Assembly: GCA_028681575.1 (NCBI GenBank)
Contig: JAQUHX010000003.1
Location: 1-61,189, forward strand
Direction: 5' to 3'
DNA: 61,189 bases
Origin: Patescibacteria group bacterium
GTDB lineage: Bacteria > Patescibacteriota > Patescibacteriia > Patescibacteriales > UBA12465
Numbering within the stretch: position 1 is the stretch's first letter; every line of letters begins with the position of its first letter. The notes under the pieces were generated by a model that worked only from the letters and a program-made list of their open reading frames with translations, was not told the origin of the DNA and did no database searches. Position numbers and translations under genes: made by a program. Positions 60,635 through 61,189 of this stretch are shown here, piece by piece.

Positions 60635-60994
60635 ATGGCAGAAAAAAAAGCAACCCTAGCCGAACAGGCGATGGAGCAAGATTTTGAACTCAAACCAGGA
60701 ATGACAGTTCGGGTATACCAAAAAATTAAAGAACTTAATTCAAAGGGGGAGGAAAAAGAGCGCGTTCAGTATTTTGAAGGTATTATTATTGCGCGTAAAC
60801 ACCAGAAAGAAAAGGGAGCGACAATTACAGTCCGTAAGGTTTCTGACGGTGTTGGTGTGGAAAAGATTTTTCCCCTTAATTTACCAACTATCACCAAGAT
60901 TGAAGTTAAAAAGATTGCTAAGGTTAATCGGGCTAAGTTAAATTATTTAAAGACGCCCTATAAAAAGAAGTTAAAAGAAACAACAATTCGTTAA
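60635..60994 (+). CDS. rplS: 50S ribosomal protein L19
   Basis: 119 aa. [13 protein letters not shown]....[15 protein letters not shown].....[29 protein letters not shown] is the canonical L19 pattern. Confidence 0.95.
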   Translation: MAEKKATLAEQAMEQDFELKPGMTVRVYQKIKELNSKGEEKERVQYFEGIIIARKHQKEKGATITVRKVSDGVGVEKIFPLNLPTITKIEVKKIAKVNRAKLNYLKTPYKKKLKETTIR

Positions 60995-61019
60995 TTTATT
61001 GATAAGATAAAGGGCGAAG

Positions 61020-61103
<84 letters not shown>

Positions 61104-61114
61104 CCCTTGTTTAA

Positions 61115-61188
61115 GGGCGCATAGCTCAGTTGGTTAGAGCACTTCGTTTACACCGAAGGGGTCCAGGGTTCGAGTCCTTGTGCGCCCA
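61115..61188 (+). tRNA. tRNA-Val (anticodon TAC)
   Basis: Acceptor gggcgca/tgcgccc, D-arm agctcagttggttagagc, anticodon stem cttcg/cgaag with loop ttTACac, T-arm cagggttcgagtccttg. It ends 1 nt before the window edge. Confidence 0.9.
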
Positions 61189-61189
61189 C

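Overview
AT-rich, tightly packed bacterial chromosome segment. It carries the replication-origin gene set (rpmH-rnpA-yidC divergent from dnaA-dnaN) and many housekeeping genes: RNase J, secG, infC-rpmI-rplT, tmRNA plus smpB, tig, membrane pyrophosphatase, nusA, greA, trxA, trxB, recQ, folD, glyA, a class A PBP, lgt, smc, cmk and rplS. There are 12 tRNA genes and one tmRNA. All calls come from reading motifs in the supplied translations and hand-folding RNAs; no database search was possible. The standard genetic code applies, since TGA is used as a stop. I found no CRISPR array, transposase, integrase or recognisable defence genes. The compact packing, many exported or membrane orphans, Elp3 homolog, orphan solute-binding proteins and VirB2-like small proteins suggest a Candidate Phyla Radiation / Patescibacteria-type organism; this is inference. 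The main hunt result is a family of eight VirB2/TrbC-like (T4SS-pilin-like) two-TM proteins. Six sit in a tandem array at 50037-52619, with hypervariable ectodomains, a near-invariant loop and near-identical nucleotide tracts between copies. The array lies next to a 3D-domain wall hydrolase, and no secretion ATPase is in view. Other items worth a second look: a 46-aa Cys-rich double-glycine-type peptide ORF between two tRNAs; a NUDIX gene bracketed by a duplicated tRNA-His 3' end plus terminator; a 706-bp non-coding AT-rich gap upstream of trxB with a strong terminator and a 16-nt direct repeat; zero or 1-nt tRNA/mRNA junctions; a bacterial Elp3; a glycosyltransferase/hydrolase surface-glycan cluster; and a bactofilin paired with a degenerate lipid-kinase-like gene.
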